Of a DNA stretch of 64,000 nucleotides, positions 61,431 to 64,000 are shown in pieces. The stretch's first letter is position 1. Each line of letters begins with the position of its first letter. A program made the translations under genes and the position numbers. The notes under the pieces are model-generated. The model worked only from the letters and a program-made list of their open reading frames with translations, searched no databases and was not told where the DNA came from. This DNA comes from Heterodontus francisci (Eukaryota). The stretch covers positions 21,405,259 to 21,469,258 of the forward strand of contig NC_090411.1 of the NCBI RefSeq assembly GCF_036365525.1, read 5' to 3'.

Positions 61431-64000
61431 GGGATGAATTTTACCAGCCCCCTCGACGCTGCAGGTCGTGGTGCGGGGGCCAGTAAAAGGCTGCGGGGAG
61501 AGGCCTGCCACGACCTGCAACATCGAGAAGGGACCGCCACATATTACCGGCGGCAGCGGGACCTCGGTGCAGCCCCCCACCGCATGGCGGCAGCACCACA
61601 ATTAGCATTTGGTTAAAGTGTACTTACTTTCGCTGATGACGCAGCCCACCGCGCCTCCACTGACACTTCCGGATTTTTCCGCTGAACGGGTGGCCGTCAC
61701 ATGCCATCCCATTCACGATTTGAAAAGCCGGCGGGTCCTCAGAGGCAGAAGTTGCCGCCAGCGAAGGTAAGTTCTGTTATCCGGGGGTCTCCCTCTGCAT
61801 TACAGAAAGGAGGAGGAAGGAGGGATATTCAGGGGTCTAACTCTGCATTCTGGAAGAGAAGAGGGAGGGGCGGATATGCAGGGGTCTAACTCCGCATTCT
61901 GGAAGGGAAGAGGGAGGGGGGGATATTCAGGGGTCTCACTCTGCATTCTTAAAGGGAGGAGGGACTGGGATTACTGGAGGGAAAGCTGTGCTGGCATGAA
62001 GGGAAGTACCGTGTACCATCCCTCCGTTAACAGTGTACGCTTTGTGTTTGTGAGGGGGCAATGGCACACTAGGCACCCTGTGTGTGGGAGGGTGCCAGAA
62101 AGGGCAGGAGCATTAAGGTTATATGGATGGTGGGGGCAATCAATTCAGCTGGTAGGATCTTGATGTGGTCATGCTGTGCCACTCTGAGTGTTGGCCAAGA
62201 TGGGCAATGCCATGGCACGCCACATAGTTGATCCAGGAAAGCAGCTGATGTACCCGTCAACACCAATCCCTGCCCTGTTAGGAACCTTTGAATGCATGAA
62301 GGGTTCAACTTTATTTATCACATGGAAATAGGTATGGCTCATCCTACATTGTGTGAACCGCTGCACGTGAGGATCCGTATGCGCCAGAGGCAATACCATC
62401 AGGCAGGTGCGATCCACGTAGAGGCCCCCGGTCGTGAGCAGCAGCCCCCAAGGGGAGCTCGCCATTACGTTTGCCGTGCATCTACAGGCCTCACATGACA
62501 TGCCATTGGATGTCAGAGCACCAACGTCAGAGGAGATTGCACATATAGAGAGGGTGGTGACATGTCGCTGTGCCCTGCTCAAGGCTCCGGTGGACATCCC
62601 ATGCCTTTGTTCCTCACAGTGGCAGCGTTCTCAAGCCTGACGCCTCTGCAGCCTTTTAGGGGCCCACCAGAGACCTTTGTGGGGTCACAGAGTCAGCAGT
62701 GCACTGCTGCATCAGGGAGGTCACCAATGCCCTGCACCGGAAGGCCAGTGAGGATGTCCACTTCAGGACGGACTCTCACAGCCAGGCCCAGAGGGTTATC
62801 GGTTCTGGTACCATTGCTGGAGAACCATAGGTTGTAACGTTCATAGACTGCACTCATGTGGCCATCAGGCCTACTGCCAGGCTACCACCTGCAGACGTCA
62901 CCATTAAAGGAGCCCTCTCAATCTCGGTGAAGCTGGTATGTGAACACCGCAGATGCTTGCAGCGAATATGTGACCACTTCTCAGGCAGCTACCAAGACAC
63001 CTGGGTCTTGCGCCAGTCCCAGCCGCCACCGCTGTTCACTGAACTGGCTCAGATGGAGGGGTGGCTTCTTGGACATAAGGGCTATCCTTTGCAGACATGG
63101 CTCCCGACATCAGTAAGAGACTCCACCACTGCTGCAGAGGAGAGATACAACACCAGCCACTGAGCTACATGAGCCACCATTGAGCAGGAGATTGGCATGC
63201 TGAAAGAACGCCTCCAATGCCTGGATGGATCGGGTGATGCCCTGCACTACGGGCCGAAAAGGCCAGCTCCATTCTTTGCTGCTCTGAACAACTATGCACC
63301 CAATAGGGACCAGGCCTGGCATGATGAGGAGAGACGTCAACAGGATTCCTCCTCATGAGGACACTGAGGACCCATAACATGAAAGACGCATGGGAAGGCA
63401 GATGGCACCCAGGCTCTGCACGCAGGGCTAGCAGTGAGCTAGGGATGTACAGAAGTGGCTTATCAGACAAAGGCAGCCTGCTCCAGAGGAACCGACATGA
63501 GCTCTGCAAGCCACACATCACCCTCGCTCACCTGCTGTGCACCAGTCTACATCTGCAACATCCCTGTGTAAACCATTAGAGGCAGCAACTGACTGAGTCA
63601 ATGTCCATGTCACTGCATCCGTGGAGACGCTCATGTGTAATGGTGGCATGGCAATGATGTTATTGTGTACGTTGGCTCTCCTGAAGGGCCAACGGTGCCA
63701 AGGAATGTGACATTGGCGCTACATGCTGGCACATATCATTCGCACAGAGAAAAGGACAAACATGCTGGTGCAGAATATTTAGTGAAAGATGTATATACAT
63801 AGCTGTAACACCCGTGCTTCCCATTTGTTTCAGTGTGTTCTCTGTAAACTTCTGTAATACCTTTCATGGTGTATTTAAGTCTCACGTCCTGGAATGTGCA
63901 ATTGTAAGATTATTCACCCAGTTGTGGCGCGCCTACAAGAAGGAATGTTACACTTGAGTGGAAGAAGAGCATCGCAACTTCACAGGACACTGGGACACAG
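61431..64000 (+). mobile_element. Harbinger transposon with a decayed HARBI1-like transposase
   Basis: Left TIR gggatgaattttac; DCTHVAI, GSYQDTWVL, WLLGHKGYPL, YNTSH..IEQEIGMLKERLQCL with stops and frameshifts; about 54-bp tandem repeat at 61790-61960. Confidence 0.88.

Overview
Repeat-rich vertebrate DNA, almost certainly a shark (HE1-type SINEs, Deu-type SINEs, CR1, L2, Tx1, Penelope and Harbinger repeats). Reading splice sites by hand gives three spliced genes that the ORF track shows only in pieces. (1) + strand, 5 exons, 7394-24744, 248 aa: an immune receptor with a leader, a germline-joined VJ-type Ig domain (FGNGTKL), an S/T/P stalk with CxxC, an uncharged TM and a tail carrying THYASV and MVYAEV. 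It resembles NITR or PD-1/CD28-family inhibitory receptors. (2) - strand, convergent with (1): a B7-family, ICOS-ligand-like gene (leader-V-V-C-TM-cyt, about 35.2-53.1 kb) whose IgV exon is duplicated with 344/345 nt identity. (3) An intact 3-exon, 497 aa Harbinger-type Myb/SANT gene with no adjacent transposase, nested in the same sense between the receptor's TM and signalling exons. Also present: a decayed RPL27 retropseudogene, possible decayed Ig C1 exons, a possible Ras-like relic and many nested TEs with readable TSDs. Repeat boundaries are approximate. Family calls rest on motif recognition, not database searches.
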